The position numbers and the translations under genes were made by a program. Of a DNA stretch of 64,000 nucleotides, positions 63,144 through 64,000 are shown piece after piece. How positions within the stretch are numbered: position 1 is the first letter of the stretch; the number at the start of each line of letters is the position of its first letter. The stretch is from Candidatus Marinacidobacterium sp. (GTDB taxonomy: Bacteria > Acidobacteriota > Vicinamibacteria > Marinacidobacterales > Marinacidobacteraceae). The notes below the pieces were generated by a model, which saw nothing but the letters and a program-made list of their open reading frames with translations, ran no database searches and had not been told where the DNA came from. The stretch is taken from positions 512,001 to 576,000 of the forward strand of contig OZ244852.1 in assembly GCA_965220965.1 (NCBI GenBank). The letters run 5' to 3'.

Positions 63144-64000
63144 TCAGACCCCGGTCGTCACCGCGCCCCGGCTGGCCGAGGAGACCCCGCGGGCGTACTT
63201 GGCGAGGACGCCGGTCGCGAATCCGGGTCCGGGCGGCGCCGCCGCGCTTCGCGAATCCGCGTCCGCCATCTCCACATCGAGGCGGCGCGCCTCGAGGTCG
63301 ATCGTGATCCGGTCCCCGTCGCGCACCAGGCCGATCGGGCCTCCGGCGGCGGCCTCGGGCGCCACGTGGCCCACCATGAAGCCGTGGGTCGCCCCGCTGA
63401 AGCGGCCGTCGGTGACCAGCGCCACGCTGTCCCCGAGTCCCCGCCCGATGACCGCGGCGGTGACGCCCAGCATCTCGCGCATGCCGGGGCCCCCGCGCGG
63501 CCCCTCGTAGCGGATCACGATCACGTCCCCGGGTTGCACAGCGCCGGCCTGGACGGCTTCGAAGGCGGCCTCTTCGGAATCGAACACCCGCGCCGGCCCC
63601 TCGTGGCGGGTGCGGTTGTGGCCCGCCAGCTTCAGCACGCACCCCTCCGGCGCGAGCGAGCCGGTCAGGATCGCGAGGCCGCCGCGAGCCTTCACCGGCG
63701 CGCTCGAAGGACGGATCACCTCCTGTCCCGGCGTCTCGGCGGCGGCGTCCGCCAGTTCGCGGAGCGAGCGTCCGGACACGGTCGGGGTGTCTTTCAGAAG
63801 GTCCAGCTCGAAGAGCCGCCGCGCCAGGAGGCGCATCCCCCCGGCCGCCTCCATGTCGGGGGCGGTGAACCGGCCTCCGGGCTTCAGGTCGGTGAGCACC
63901 GGGGTCCGGGCCCCGACGGCGTCGAGGTCGTCGAGCGTCAGCTCGGCGCCCGCCTCGTGGGCGATGGCGAGGAGATGGAGCACCGCGTTCGTCGAGCCGG
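63144..64000 (-). CDS. ilvD: Dihydroxy-acid dehydratase, C-terminal part (runs off window end)
   Basis: GSTNAVLHLLAIA, DLKPGG, IRYEGPRGGPGMREML, TDGRFSG and GHVAPEA. Confidence 0.93.
   Translation of the reverse strand, partial: GSTNAVLHLLAIAHEAGAELTLDDLDAVGARTPVLTDLKPGGRFTAPDMEAAGGMRLLARRLFELDLLKDTPTVSGRSLRELADAAAETPGQEVIRPSSAPVKARGGLAILTGSLAPEGCVLKLAGHNRTRHEGPARVFDSEEAAFEAVQAGAVQPGDVIVIRYEGPRGGPGMREMLGVTAAVIGRGLGDSVALVTDGRFSGATHGFMVGHVAPEAAAGGPIGLVRDGDRITIDLEARRLDVEMADADSRSAAAPPGPGFATGVLAKYARGVSSASRGAVTTGV

Overview
High-GC (about 70% by eye), gene-dense bacterial chromosomal segment with mostly housekeeping and catabolic genes. The gene repertoire (TPR-multiheme cytochromes with CRTAC1/ASPIC-UnbV, VPS10-like protein, TonB receptor with an N-terminal extension) suggests a diderm such as Acidobacteriota; this is inference only. 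In order: the tail of a complex I operon (nuoH-I-J-K-N, no nuoL/M) with a 7Fe ferredoxin; envelope and redox genes; two Na+ symporters and a Na+-type membrane pyrophosphatase; a five-gene operon (flavin-disulfide reductase, DedA/VTT, pentaheme-TPR, CRTAC1, octaheme-HEAT/TPR); an archaeal-type RNase HII; a methylmalonyl-CoA mutase large subunit; rlpA; a Tat-exported sulfite-oxidase-family enzyme with cytochrome c; djlA; a giant M14 peptidase; a sulfatase-like/CDP-alcohol transferase/GT4 cluster; several hydrolases; tRNA-Leu(GAG)-secG-tpiA-pgk; an inverted cobalamin riboswitch-TonB receptor-pduO cassette sitting between pgk and gap; hsp20; pruA; a bacterial IDO; and a partial ilvD. I saw no CRISPR array, integrase or transposase. 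The best novelty candidates are the multiheme/CRTAC1 operon and two related structured leader RNAs at about 12220 and about 30800. All calls are from motif reading, not database searches.
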